A stretch of 64,000 nt of DNA. Source: Candidatus Bathyarchaeota archaeon. GTDB lineage: Archaea; Thermoproteota; Bathyarchaeia; TCS64. Below are positions 21,166 to 33,020 of this stretch, piece by piece (within the stretch, counting starts at the first letter, position 1; each line of letters opens with the position of its first letter). A program made the translations under genes and the position numbers. Under the pieces are notes generated by a model, which was not told the origin of the DNA, ran no database searches, and worked only from the letters and a program-made list of their open reading frames with translations. Location: NCBI GenBank assembly GCA_963820555.1, contig CAWGAT010000047.1:33982-97981 (forward strand), written 5' to 3'.

Positions 21166-22708
21166 TCAGCGCGAGGGTCAGGCCCCGCCGCTACGACTCC
21201 GAGCGGGGCTGCTACGTCTACGACGTCAGCATTCAGGACGAAGACCAAGATCACGGAGCGCACCGCTAAGGTGGCGGAGGCCTTCGGCCTAGGCATCGAC
21301 GAGGAGAGTGAGCAGTGCTCCTCAGGGGCTTCGAGCTCAGGCTGGTGGAGGGGGACATCGTCTACATAACCGGCGAGTCCGGATCCGGCAAGTCGGTGCT
21401 GCTCAGGGCCCTGCAGCGAGGACCTGGGAGACCGGGCCGTGGACATCGCCGAGGTCACGGTGGACGCCTCAAGCCCATCGTGGACACCGTCGGCTCCAGC
21501 TTCCCGGAGGCGCTGGGGCTCCTCAGCCGGGTGGGCCTCAACGACGCCTACCTGTTCCTCCGCAGGTACCACGAGCTCAGCGACGGGCAGAAGTACCGGT
21601 ACCGGATCGCCAGGATGGTCGACTCCGGCAAAAGGTTCTGGCTCGCCGACGAGTTCTGCATCGACCCTCGACAGCACCACGGCCAAAGTCGTCGCCTACA
21701 ACATACAGAAGCAGGCGAGCCACAGCGGAGCCACCCTGGTCGTGGCGACGAGCCACACCGACCTCGAGGAGGACCTGGCCCCCTCCGCCCTCATCAGGAA
21801 GGGCTGGGGCGACGAGGTAAAGGTCGAGTACAGGGAGAACAGGGAGGCACCGGAGTGCACGGCCGATAAGAGGCATAACCATACCGAGAGGGCACGAAGG
21901 AGGACTACGCCCGGCTCAGCTAGCCTCCACTACAGGGACAGCCGCCTACCCGTCCCGATGAAGATCTACGCCGCGCGCCGCGGCGACGAGCTTGTCGGCG
22001 TCATCGCCTACAGCTACCCCGGAGTCAACGCCCAGGGAGGAGGCTCGCCGTCGGCTAAACCGCCCCACCCTCGAGGAACTCAACAGCGACTGGGCCGTCA
22101 TAAGCCGCGTCATCGTCCACCCCAAGTACCGAACAACCGGCCTCGGCGCCCGACTCCTCCGCGAAACGCTGCCCCTAGTTGGGCGCCGCCACGTGGAGCT
22201 CATCGCGGTGATGGCGGAGTACAACCCCTTCGCCGAGCGAGCCGGCATGACCCTCATCCACCAATCAACCCCCGATCCCACCGTCACCGCCGCCATCAAA
22301 GCCCTCCGAACACTCGGCTTCGACCCCTTAACCCTAACAAGCCAAGCCCAGAACAAACGAACACTGGAATCCCTTTCCCCCGAGGACCTAGAGGAGGTCC
22401 GCCGGATCCTCCTAAGCGTACACAGCGTCTACTACAAGCGCATCGGCAGCACCGACAGCGCCTACACCCGCCGCCCAGAGATGAAAGCCTGGCTCAGCAA
22501 ACAGGGACCAGCCCGTCTCTCAGTGAGCCTCAAGGCCCTCGCCGTGCTCGGCCAATCAAAGGCCTACCTCTATTGGAGCAGCCAAAATCAAATCGAGGAG
22601 GGTGAAATTCCCAGCCACAGCTGTAAAAATATTTTTTTTCGCAAATACCCTCCTACTGGGAAATTCGAGTACCCCACTGGGAATTTGCCGGCCCAAAACG
22701 GGGGGTGA
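21162..22708 (+). CDS. ABC-type ATPase fused to GNAT acetyltransferase (COG2401-like; frameshifted)
   Basis: GESGSGKS, LSDGQKYR, ADEF, ATSH; then LHYR, ISRVIVHPKYRTTGLG, MAEYNPFAERAGM. Confidence 0.82.
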
Positions 22709-22930
22709 ATGTTCTCGAGGAGCTACATTTTCACTGAGAATGAGAGGAGGAGACTGAAGGCTTGGCTGGAGAGCGACGTAGAGGACAACCAAACCAAAAA
22801 ACTCTTCACAGGAGTGAGGCGGGGCCTCACCCCGATAAAGCGAGACATGGAACTAAAAATCGCGGCGCGCCTGATGGCACACACCTCCGATTTTCGAGCC
22901 CCGACACATAAACTCTCCGGAAGAATTTAG
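22709..22930 (+). CDS. Small hypothetical protein (YIFTENE…W family)
   Basis: 73-aa ORF; N-terminus resembles the ORF at 60927. Confidence 0.6.
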   Translation: MFSRSYIFTENERRRLKAWLESDVEDNQTKKLFTGVRRGLTPIKRDMELKIAARLMAHTSDFRAPTHKLSGRI

Positions 22931-23000
22931 ACAAAAATAATGTTGTTATTAAATTAACTCACAAACAAGATGCAGTCACCCGGTCGAGGGCTCATTACAC

Positions 23001-23315
23001 TCAAGCTTTCTTCTCCCTAAGACTCATCATGACTCCGCCCTTTTTCGTGTACTCATGGAGCTTCTCGTAATCTGTCTCAGCCAATATTTTCCCATCTTTC
23101 TCTATCTTGTACAGGCAGAACTTGAATAACACGCCCTCATGGTTGAACACTATATCATAGGGCAAACCCCCGCATTTTTCGCATTTCGCGTTGCTGTCGA
23201 TCTTGTCCAAGAACTCTTTATAGCCTTCACCCCTCGGTGTGGAGGTATCGACTCTCTCAATGAGATGTTCTTCAGCCAATTTCTTTTCCTTCCTCTCTGG
23301 AAAGATGGTCTTCAA
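23001..23315 (-). CDS. Hypothetical protein with CxxC
   Basis: 104-aa ORF, CEKCGG. Confidence 0.55.
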   Translation of the reverse strand: MKTIFPERKEKKLAEEHLIERVDTSTPRGEGYKEFLDKIDSNAKCEKCGGLPYDIVFNHEGVLFKFCLYKIEKDGKILAETDYEKLHEYTKKGGVMMSLREKKA

Positions 23316-23356
23316 TGCGTAATGTGTTGCCGTTGGTTTAAGTATCCTTCAGGTGT

Positions 23357-25088
23357 TTAGCACTCGGGGAGGATCACGTCGAGTAGGGCGTGTTTACCCT
23401 TTTTCACCTGCCGCAGGGCTCTGAGTAGGGCGGGCTTGACCTCGGAAGGATCCGTGATCTCCTCCCCGTAGCCACCGAAGGACTCGGAGAGCTTGGCGTA
23501 GTCGGGCTTCGGCTTCGCGTAGACGCCGTAGATCCTCCCGCTGCATATGGCGTGCCCCTTAGGGTAGTAGCGTGGGTGGTGCTTCATAGCGGCATAGCCC
23601 TGGTTATCGTATATCACTGTGAGGATGGGGATGGCGTACTCCTGGGCGAGGCCAAGGCAGGCGTGAACGGGATTGTAGTTGAAGCTTCCATCCCCCTCAA
23701 GGGCGATGACGGTCTTATCCGGGGCGGCGAGCTTTGCGCCGAGGGCGACGCCTAGACCTTGTCCAAGCCCCGTATGGGCGACGGGACCCGTGGCCTCGAG
23801 CTGCGACCCTGGCACGGTTCGGTGGCGCTCGATGTGTTCGAAAATCATCGTACTGTGGCTGATGGTCTCATGGACGAGAATCGTGTCTTTATCCACGACC
23901 TCGTCTATGCAGTGGCTGAGCCACAGTCGGGCTGATAGGACACTGGTCCTTTGTGGAGAGGGCTGCCTTCCTCCATTCCTCCCTGAGGCGTTTATGTTCC
24001 GCTCCCCAGCGCGTTAGCCGATCCTCCACCCGCTTGCCGAGGCCCCGCACCCTAAGTACTTCAGCAACGAGCGCGGGTAGGGCGATGCTCGAGTCGGCGG
24101 CTATTAGGAGGTCGGCGGGATAACCGTAGACAGGGTACTTCACCTGCAAGGGATCGAGGTCCAAGAAGACTATCTTGGCTTTGCTCCTATCGGTGATGCT
24201 GTTGGGTGGATACCATGGTGGCCACCCGTTTGCGTCGATGACAAGGATGAGGTCTGCGTCCGCGAGGTAATTACCCATACTGGGGCCCATGTGTAGTGGG
24301 TTATCGGTGGGGTAATTGGCATAGCCGGGTGTCTCGAAGACCGGCGCTCCGACCAACTCCGCCAGCTCGACTAGGGATGCGACCGCGCCCTGGTTTCTCC
24401 CGAGGTAACGGGTGTAGATTAGGGGGTTCTCCGCTTTCGCTAGCATCCCCGCCAACTTCCTCAGTGCCTCTGGGTCCGCCTGAACCCGCGAGGGCCTCGG
24501 GTTCGGGTAGGGCACCCTCATCTTCTCCTTCTTCTCGAAGAGTAACTCCCGGGATAGAGAGAGCATCACGGGCCCCTTGATGTCTGTAGAAGCAATGTCG
24601 AGGCCCCTAACCATCGTGGAGAGGATGTTAACGTTCGACTCGGGGGTGTCCACCCACTTCATATAGGGCTGGACGAGCCTCTGCTGCCCCCCGACCTCGG
24701 TGAACGAGAGGTAGTGGGGTCCGGGCGTCCCGCCATAGACCTCTTCGTCGTGGGTCCTCGCCTCACCGACGAGCAGCATGAGGGGTATCTGGTCGGTGTA
24801 CGCCGCCTTGAGCTCCATCGCGCCGTGGAGCATCCCCGTGAGGACGTGCGCCATGAGGACCTGAGGCCTCCCCGTCACCATGTAGTAGCCCTTAGCGAGA
24901 GAGACGGAGAGCCCCTCATGTCTCGTGTTCATGTAGAGGGGCTTCTTCCCCGCCTCGTTGTACTTCGCAAGGTACTCCCAGATTGGGACGAACTCCGTCC
25001 CAGGCGAGCTGAAGACATAGTCCACACCGTATTGGTGGAGAACTTCGACATAGCCCTCCGCCGCGCCCTCGACACTAATCTCTTTCAA
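23357..25088 (-). CDS. Thiamine pyrophosphate-dependent enzyme, acetolactate synthase-like (frameshift near 23925)
   Basis: YVFSSPGTE, RHE…AKGY, GDGSF…DN TPP motif. Confidence 0.88.
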
Positions 25089-25148
25089 TATAGAGACCCC
25101 TAAGGCAACTGGTAGCCGAGGGGTTAAATCACTTCGTGGTAGGTTTGC

Positions 25149-26186
25149 CTAGCCGAACCACTTGTCGAGCCTCGCGGCGCCCTTCGTGGCGTTGCTGAAC
25201 CCCTTATTCATCTTTTCGATGGCCGCGAGAACCTTCTCCCTGCTGAAGTTGTGCTCGCCGCAGAGGTAGCTGAGTATCCCCGCGGTGTCGGGCTTCCCCC
25301 ACTCGAGTTTATACTCGTCGGTTACATCGGGGTGGAGGAAAAGCGTCCTTATGTCATCGACTGGATGTGGGAACTCAGCTTTTGGCAGCTCAGACAGTGC
25401 GCCCTCTAGGTTGCTGTGCTTCTTGATGAGCTTGATTGCGGTCTTCGGCCCAATCCCCTTGATGCCGTCGGGGTTATAGTCAGTCCCGATGAGGATGCCC
25501 ACGTCTATCAACTGCTCCCTAGTCAGACCGAGCTCGGTCAGGAGCTTCTGGTACTCGTATATCTCGGGCTCGACCTTGATGTAGACGTTCTTACGCGGGA
25601 GCTTGCGGCGCCCGCTTATGGAGAGGTTGCGGACGAGGCGCGGGGCCCCGAAGAGCATTGAGTCGAAGTCCTGACTGGATGAAGCCCAGACGGAGCCCTT
25701 TATAGCCATGTGAGCGGCTTGAGCTTCCCCTTCACCCGGAGCCTGAATCCAGGGAATACCCATGAGAGTTAAGAGTCTCTTCGCGTCCCCGATGATGTTG
25801 GTGGTGGCGATGACGCTCTGCTGACCCCAGCGGCGGGCGCCCTCTTTGTCCCCTTCCTCGACGGCCTTCGTGTACCTCTGCCGCGCATGGACGCGTACAT
25901 CGTGGCGTGCTTCTAGGGTCTGCCTCTTGAACTCATGCGGCTTACCGTCGAAGCAGTAGACGACCCTCACCCCGGCCTCCATCAGGTTGCTATTTCTGTA
26001 GATTAGACCGCTGAGGTGGCTGGTTACGTTGCCCTGAGCGTCCTTTAGGGACTCCCCCCCTTGGCCACGAATAATTGCTAGAAACTGGTAGATGATGTTG
26101 TGCCCGTCGAATGCGACGGATCTACCCTTAAGCTCGTCGAGAGATATCTTACGGGGCTCCACGAGGTCGCCGAACTGGACGCCCAA
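25149..26186 (-). CDS. fen: Flap endonuclease 1
   Basis: MGV, YQFL, TSHLSG, APGEGEAQ, SQDFD, GTDYN, C-terminal PIP-like LDKWF. Confidence 0.95.
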   Translation of the reverse strand: MGVQFGDLVEPRKISLDELKGRSVAFDGHNIIYQFLAIIRGQGGESLKDAQGNVTSHLSGLIYRNSNLMEAGVRVVYCFDGKPHEFKRQTLEARHDVRVHARQRYTKAVEEGDKEGARRWGQQSVIATTNIIGDAKRLLTLMGIPWIQAPGEGEAQAAHMAIKGSVWASSSQDFDSMLFGAPRLVRNLSISGRRKLPRKNVYIKVEPEIYEYQKLLTELGLTREQLIDVGILIGTDYNPDGIKGIGPKTAIKLIKKHSNLEGALSELPKAEFPHPVDDIRTLFLHPDVTDEYKLEWGKPDTAGILSYLCGEHNFSREKVLAAIEKMNKGFSNATKGAARLDKWFG

Positions 26187-26198
26187 CTACGTGGCCCC

Positions 26199-26411
26199 CT
26201 ATGAAAGCTCTATTCGCCTCTTGCCCTTGGCCATCTTCGTGACCCTGACGAGACCCTGGATCTCCATCTCCATCAGGATCTTGCCAAGCTCAGTCTGGTT
26301 AATGTCACTCTGGTACTTCTGCACCTGCTTGAGGAGGTCGTCAAACTCCTGCGCGCCCCCCCTTCCGAGTGCCTCGATGATCGTCGACGGTATGAGCTTC
26401 ACGTCCATCAA
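26199..26411 (-). CDS. Small winged-helix protein between cdc48 and fen
   Basis: 70 aa, LMEMEIQGLVRV. Confidence 0.7.
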   Translation of the reverse strand: MMDVKLIPSTIIEALGRGGAQEFDDLLKQVQKYQSDINQTELGKILMEMEIQGLVRVTKMAKGKRRIELS

Positions 26412-26416
26412 ATCAC

Positions 26417-28595
26417 CTAAGCTATGTCCATCGGAGGCTTGAGCTGGTCACGGATGCGCTTGTTCGTGTCCAGGTACCACTTCTCCATCTCTGGAGTTAT
26501 CGAGGGTACTATATCTGCCATAACCTTGTCGAAGTCCGCTGACGTGACCTTCTGCGTCTCGGGGTCCTTGCGGAGGGCGTTGATGGCTGCCTCGCGGCAT
26601 ATGGAGTCGATATCAGCCCCACTGAAGCCCTGCATCTTCTTCGCCAAGTCGTCTATCTTAACCTTCTCGAGCGGCATGTCCTTCGTCTTTATCTGAAGGA
26701 TCTTGAGCCGAGCTTCGTAATCTGGGGGCGGCACGTAGACACGTCTGTCGAATCTCCCAGGGCGGAGTACGGCGGGGTCGATCATATCGGGGCGGTTCGT
26801 CGCCGCGATGACGACTATGTTCTGGAGGCTGATCAGGCCGTCTATCTCGGTGAGAAGCTGGCTGATGACGCGCTCCGTGACGCGATTGTCGCCACCTCCC
26901 CCCCTCGAGGGGACGAGGGCGTCGAACTCGTCGAAGAAGATGATGCTAGGCGCGGCCATGCGGGCCTTCCTGAAGGTCTCCCGTATCGCCTTCTCGGACT
27001 CTCCGACCCACTTGCTGAATATCTCAGGGCCCCTGATACTGATGAAGTTAGCCTCAGACTCTGTGGCGACGGCCCGTGGCTAGGAGCGTCTTGCCGCAAC
27101 CTGGTGGGCCGTGTAGGAGAATGCCCTTGGGGGGCTGGATGCCGAGGCGCGTAAACCTCTCAGGGTTCTTGAGCGGCCACTCCACCGCCTCCTTTAAGGA
27201 CTGTTTGACCTCCTCCAATCCCCCCACCTCGTCCCAGTGGACGTTCGGAGTCTCAACGTAGACCTCGCGCATCGCCGTCGGGGTGACCTCCCTGAATGCC
27301 CCCATAACGTCATCGGTGGTTACGACCATCTGGTCTAGTACCTCGTGGGGTATCCTCTTCTGTTCTAGGTCGATCTTGGGGAGGTACCTGCGGAGCGCCT
27401 TCATCGCCGCTTCGCGGCTGAGTGCCTCGAGGTCCGCACCCGTGTAGCCGTGGGTGAATTCGGAGATCTTCTGTAGGTTGACGTCCTCAGCGAGGGGCAT
27501 GCCGCGTGTGTGTATCTGCAGGATCTCAAGGCGGCCCTCTCTGCTGGGGGTGGCGATCTCAATCTCCCTATCGAAGCGCCCGGGGCGGCGGAGCGCCTCG
27601 TCTATGGCCTCGGGCCTGTTCGTAGCACCGATGACTATGATGTGTCCCCTGCTCTTCAGCCCGTCCATGCTTGCGAGGAGCTGGGCGACGACGCGCCTCT
27701 CGACTTCGCCGGTGACCTCGCTCCTCTTCGGCGCGATGGCGTCTATCTCGTCTATGAATAGGATGCTGGGCGCGTTCTTCTCCGCGTCCTCGAACATCTT
27801 CCTGAGCCTGCCCTCGGACTCGCCGTAGAACTTGCTCATTATCTCGGGGCCGTTTATGGCGTAGAAGTTCGCGTCCGACTCGTTAGCGACGGCCCTGGCG
27901 AGGAGAGTCTTACCGCAGCCCGGCGGACCGTGGAGGAGTACACCCTTCGGGGGGTCGATGCCCAGCCTCTGGAATATCTCCGGGTGGCGGAGCGGAAGCT
28001 CAACCATCTCCCTGATGCGCCGGATCTCCTCGTTCAACCCACCAATGTCCTCATAGGTGGTCCTACTCGGCATCTCCATCTCAGGGACGGGCTCGCTCAG
28101 AATCTGGATCTCTGAAGTCGGCGAAATCTTCACTATGCCCGCGGGGCGGGTGTTGACCACCATGAAGGGAACTGAGTGGCCTAGCATCATGATTAGCAGT
28201 GTATCCCCTCGCGTCGCAGGCCTGTCGATGAGGCGGTCCTTAACGAAGCGGATGAAGTCGTTGTCTACACTGATCCTTATGTCGACGGGGGCGAGCTTCA
28301 CCGACACGGCGTACTCGGCTTCCGCCTTCTTCACCTGAACAAACTCGTTTATGCTGACGTTGCAGTTCTTGCGAATGAACCCGTCTATGCGAAGGAGACT
28401 GAGTCCCTGGTCCTCGGGGTAGGCTGGCCATGCCTTCGCCGCCGTGGATTTCTTCCCGACAATCTCCACGACGTCGCCTACGGTGACGCCTAGGGTCTTC
28501 ATCGTCTCGGAGTCCATCCGGGCTATGCTGCGCCCGACGTCCCTCTGCTGTTTCGCTTCGGCTACCTTCAACTGGACGCTGCTCAAAAGGTCCAC
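26417..28595 (-). CDS. cdc48: CDC48/VAT AAA+ ATPase (frameshift near 27072)
   Basis: N-domain plus two [11 protein letters not shown] modules, RPGRFDR. Confidence 0.95.
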
Positions 28596-28681
28596 CCTGG
28601 GGCTAACTCAGCTTCTGAGTGGGTTCTATTCATATAAAGATTAGTTTGTAGTAAGTGTGACTCCTTGGTGATGTGGGTTAG

Positions 28682-29755
28682 CTATATTACCCCTGTTTCA
28701 GTTGCGAGAGCCTCCGCTGAAACGTGATCAAGCTTAATCTTAGACAATATGGTGTACCTGTCTGGTCTCACGCTCTGCGCCATTTTGAGAGCCTCCACGA
28801 TCTTCTCCCTTTTCACACCTAGGCCTTCAGCCGTCGTCGGCGCGCCAAGGGTCTCCAGGCTGTCCCTTATCTTCTCCCAGTCGAGGCCGTGGAGCCTCGC
28901 CATCATTATCGTCCCTACGCCGCACTGCTCGCCGTGGAGGGCGGGCTTGTCAACTATCAAGTCGAGGGCATGACTGAACAGGTGAGCGGAGCCACTGCAG
29001 GGTCGGCTGCTCCCCGCGATGCTCATCGAGGTGCTGCAACTGATGAGAGCCTCCAGAAGGTCCCTGACGGTCTCCGCTGTGTTTTGGCGTATCTTCTTGG
29101 CACTCTCCATGATGAGCTGGCTGCTCATTAGAGCGAGGCTCCCCGCGTAGGCGCCGTAGTAGTCACCATTATCGCGATGTGCGAGCTTCCAGTCCTCCAC
29201 CTCGGTGGCCTTGCTTATCACATCACCACATCCCGCGGCGGTGAACCTATATGGGGAGGCCGCGATGATGCCGCTGTCCATTACGACGGCTATGGGGGAG
29301 ACCGCCTTGACGGTGTATGGACGCTCCATCCCCTTGACTGAGGCGAGGCTACTCGCTATCCCGTCGTGGCTCGCCACGGTTGGGACGCTTATAAAGGCGC
29401 AGCTCGTCTTCGCCGCGGCCAGCTTGGCGACGTCGATGCTTCTACCTCCACCTACGCCGATAAGGACCTCGGCCCTTGACCTCTGTGCGTCCTCCATCAC
29501 TCGCCCAACCGTCTCGAGCTGGGCATCTTCCACTATTGACCTGTCCGAGTCGATCCCGTCGTTTGCGAGGATCCACTGAACCTTCTCCCCCGCTACCTTC
29601 AGGGTGCTCCTCCCGGTCACGATCAACGCCCGGTGGAAGCCAAGCTCCTTACATACACCGTTTATCGCAGACAGAACACCCTTACCCACAAGCACTATCC
29701 GGGGTAAGTCTATTCGGTGGACAGGAATCGCCTTGGGCGGGTCGGGTGACGCCAT
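28682..29755 (-). CDS. egsA: sn-glycerol-1-phosphate dehydrogenase
   Basis: GGGRSIDVAK, PTVASHDG, SRPCSGSAHLFSHALD, LHGEQCG. Confidence 0.93.
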   Translation of the reverse strand: MASPDPPKAIPVHRIDLPRIVLVGKGVLSAINGVCKELGFHRALIVTGRSTLKVAGEKVQWILANDGIDSDRSIVEDAQLETVGRVMEDAQRSRAEVLIGVGGGRSIDVAKLAAAKTSCAFISVPTVASHDGIASSLASVKGMERPYTVKAVSPIAVVMDSGIIAASPYRFTAAGCGDVISKATEVEDWKLAHRDNGDYYGAYAGSLALMSSQLIMESAKKIRQNTAETVRDLLEALISCSTSMSIAGSSRPCSGSAHLFSHALDLIVDKPALHGEQCGVGTIMMARLHGLDWEKIRDSLETLGAPTTAEGLGVKREKIVEALKMAQSVRPDRYTILSKIKLDHVSAEALATETGVI

Positions 29756-29917
29756 CAGGAACCCCGGGGGCTAGAATCAAGGAGGGACCCAGTGGGCTAT
29801 AACCCCTCTGGTTTACCCTTTTTTCAATCAACGGAAAAGGTTTTTAAAGCACACCCAGAATCTAAACTTGGTCTTCCTTCTAAGGATACCCTCACTAAGA
29901 GTGTTAGTAGGGGAAGG

Positions 29918-30556
29918 ATGAGAATGGCTAAAGAAGTCGAGGCGTTTAAAGGAACAACAACGGTTGGCGTCGTCTGTAAAGACGGCGTCATACTAGGCAC
30001 AGACACCAGGGCCACCGCTGGGAACTACGTCGCGAGCAAGCACGCGAAGAAGGTTTACCAGATAACGGATAATCTCGCGATGACCATCGCTGGCGGAGTC
30101 GCCGTTGCCCAGAGGGTCGTCGAGATACTCAAAGTAAACACCCGACTCTACGAGTTGGAGAAGGGCCGCCCAATGCCAGTGAAATCGGCGGCGACACTAG
30201 TCTCCGGAATCCTCTTCCAGAACCGTGAGGCGGGCGCCCCACTCCCCATGCAGGCAATCGTCGGCGGATTCGACGAGACTGGCGCACACATATTCAACCT
30301 CGACCCCTTCGGCAGCCTCCTTGAGGACAAGATGATCTCCACAGGCTCCGGCAGCCCCTTCGCCTACGGTGTCCTCGAGGCGATGTACAAGGAGGATAAA
30401 TCCGTCAAGGAGATGCTCCCAGTCGTCGTGAGGGCTATCGATTCCGCTATGAAGAGGGATACCTACAGCGGAGACAGCTTCGACGTAGCCATCATCGACA
30501 AGAAGGGATACAGGGAGCTCGCCCCCGCTGAGAAGGAAGCGTTATTGAAGGCCTAA
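29918..30556 (+). CDS. psmB: Proteasome beta subunit (catalytic Thr type)
   Basis: KGTTTVG, DTRAT, TGSGS, RD..SG. Confidence 0.93.
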   Translation: MRMAKEVEAFKGTTTVGVVCKDGVILGTDTRATAGNYVASKHAKKVYQITDNLAMTIAGGVAVAQRVVEILKVNTRLYELEKGRPMPVKSAATLVSGILFQNREAGAPLPMQAIVGGFDETGAHIFNLDPFGSLLEDKMISTGSGSPFAYGVLEAMYKEDKSVKEMLPVVVRAIDSAMKRDTYSGDSFDVAIIDKKGYRELAPAEKEALLKA

Positions 30557-30569
30557 GTTGGATGCAGGG

Positions 30570-32484
30570 ATGCAGAAGCCCCAAGGACTAAGCTACGAAG
30601 AGATCAGGAAAACGATCCTCGAGAAGATCCCAGCCGACGTCGGCATAACGCGGATCGAGTTCGAGGGTCCGAGACTTGCCATATACACCCAGAGGCCCGA
30701 AACCCTCGTCGAGCAGAGTCATATAGTCGGCGAGATAGCGGGCATCATAAAGAAAAGGATAGTCATTCGTAGCGATCCATCCGTCCGCGCCAATGAAGCT
30801 TGAGGCGGAGAGGATCGTCAAGGAGATACTCGCCGAGGCGGGGCTCGTCCAGAGCAACTTCGACCCGAGCCTCGGAGAGGTGACGCTTGAGGTTGAGAAG
30901 CCGGGCGTCGCCATTGGTAAGAACGGGCAGAACCTTCTTGAGATCGTGAAGAGGACGAGGTGGAGCCCCAACGTTGTCAGGTCTCCCCCGATCCCCAGCA
31001 TGACTATAAAGATGGTTAGGGGATACCTATACGGGAAGAGCAAGGAGCGTGAGAGGTTCCTCCGCGAGACTGGGGAGGCCATCTTCCGCCCCATGTATCA
31101 GCAGTCTGGCGACGTCAGGGTCACATTCCTCGGCGCCGCCAGGCAGGTGGGCAGGTCCGCCGTCCTCATCAGGACGAGGGAGAGCCGAATCCTCATGGAC
31201 TGTGGCATTAACCCGGGTACATCCAACCCCATTGGAGCCTACCCGAGAATAGACGCGGAGGAGTTTGACATCAGCAAGCTCGACGCCGTCGTCATCACCC
31301 ACGCTCATCTCGATCACTGCGGCTTCCTACCCTATCTCTACAAGTACGGTTACGAGGGTCCCATCTACTGCTCGGAGCCAACAGCGAGCCTTATGGTGCT
31401 TCTCCAAAGCGACTACCTCGACGTCACCGGAAAGGAAGGGCGCTTCCTCCCCTACAGCAACGAGGAAGTGAGGGAGGTCATAATGAGGACCATCCCCCTC
31501 GGCTACGGCGAGGTCACTGACATAAGCCCAGACATTCGTCTTACCCTCCACAACGCAGGTCACATTCTCGGTTCAGCCCAGGCACACCTCCACATAGGGA
31601 AGGGACTACACAACGTCGTCTACACCGGCGACTTCAAATACGGTCCAACCCAGCTCCTCCAGCCAGCCTCCATCCAGTTCCCAAGGGTCGAAACCCTCAT
31701 CATGGAGAGCACCTACGGCGGCATCGATAACGTGACGCCAGACCGTGAGGAGACCGAGGCGAACTTTGTCGAGATCGCCAATAAGACTCTCCAGAAGGGG
31801 AAGCTCCTCATCCCTGTGCCCGCCGTCGGGCGCGCGCAGGAGATCATGATGGTGATCAACAAGTACATGAAGGAGGGGAAGATGACGGAGGCCCCTGTCT
31901 ACATTGAGGGGATGATCAGCGAGGTCACCGGCATCCATACAGCCTACCCCCAGTACCTGAGCAATGACATAAGGGACCAGATACTACGCGATGGCATCAA
32001 CCCCTTCGAGAGCGACTACTTCACGGTTGTGAAACAGCAGGACAAGAGGGACGAGATCGTGAATGGAGGCCCGGCGATCATCATGGCCACCGCGGGCATG
32101 ATGGAGGGCGGCCCTGTGATTGACTACTTCAAGCGCCTCGCCCCCGACGAGAACAACGCCCTCTGCTTCGTCAGCTACCAAGTAGCAGGCACGATGGGTC
32201 AACGCATCCAGTCAGGGATGGGCAGCGCCCAGATGTACGGGCAGAACGGCAAGATGGAGATCATCAACGTCGCCATGAAGAACTACACAATAGAGGGCTT
32301 CAGCGGCCACAGCGACTGGCGCCAGCTCGTCAACTACGTCCGCCGCCTCCACCCGCAGCCGAAGCGCGTCTTCGTCATCCACGGTGAGGAGTCGAAGTGC
32401 GAGAACCTCTCACGCGTCGTCGCGAAACAGAGGGGCATATACGGGATCGCCCCAGAGAACCTCGACACCTACACCGTCGCGTAA
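30570..32484 (+). CDS. fttA: aCPSF1/FttA beta-CASP ribonuclease with KH domains (frameshift near 30800)
   Basis: IEFEGP KH domain, THAHLDH, AGHILG, GFSGHSD, HGE; follows psmB. Confidence 0.93.
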
Positions 32485-32601
32485 GTGGGGATATTTATTC
32501 CACTCGCGGTCTATTTCTTGAATAAATGATGAAAGTTACTAGGTCTTTTTATCTCCGTTTGGACGGGTCGTCCCGCGTTAGTGCGGATTTATGGGTTTTT
32601 T

Positions 32602-32820
32602 TTATTCGACTTGGTTATAAGACCCACATTTGGGGCACTTGTAGATCGCTTTAGTCACCTGTCCCATGCGGACATTTCTCAGCAATACGTGATCACATTT
32701 ACCACATAGGTATACATACGGGCCTTCACCGATCACGAATGGCTCCAGATTCTTTGGTGTGGGCGAATTATTTTTGTTGAAGATTGTTACCCCGATGGGT
32801 TTCGTTGTGTACAGCTTCAT
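32602..32820 (-). CDS. Small zinc-ribbon protein
   Basis: CGKC…CPKCGSYN. Confidence 0.7.
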   Translation of the reverse strand: MKLYTTKPIGVTIFNKNNSPTPKNLEPFVIGEGPYVYLCGKCDHVLLRNVRMGQVTKAIYKCPKCGSYNQVE

Positions 32821-33020
32821 CTTGAATGTCTTTTGGTCGTTTATTTTGGCTCACCTCAAGGTCGTGCGCGCGTTACCTTGAATGTAGTAAGGGAATGGCA
32901 TTGTAATAAGTTGCACCTTTGCGCTTAGGTGGGTGTAGTCACAGCCTTCAAAAACCTTGGATCGATTACACCCAGTGAGGTCGCGTAGGCTTCTTAACCT
33001 CAGTGACGTAACTTGTCTCG

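Larger units (their letters stand above)
16140..22930 (+). mobile_element. Partial tailed-virus (Caudoviricetes-like) provirus: tail module and downstream genes only
   Basis: Co-oriented, overlapping TAC-G/T, HK97 gp10-like, tape measure, tail/LamG, membrane protein, ABC-GNAT; sharp GC rise near 16140. Confidence 0.8.

Noticed and set aside
22646..22686. Short imperfect tandem repeat TACCC…ACTGGGAA
   Set aside because: Only two degenerate copies with no counterpart elsewhere
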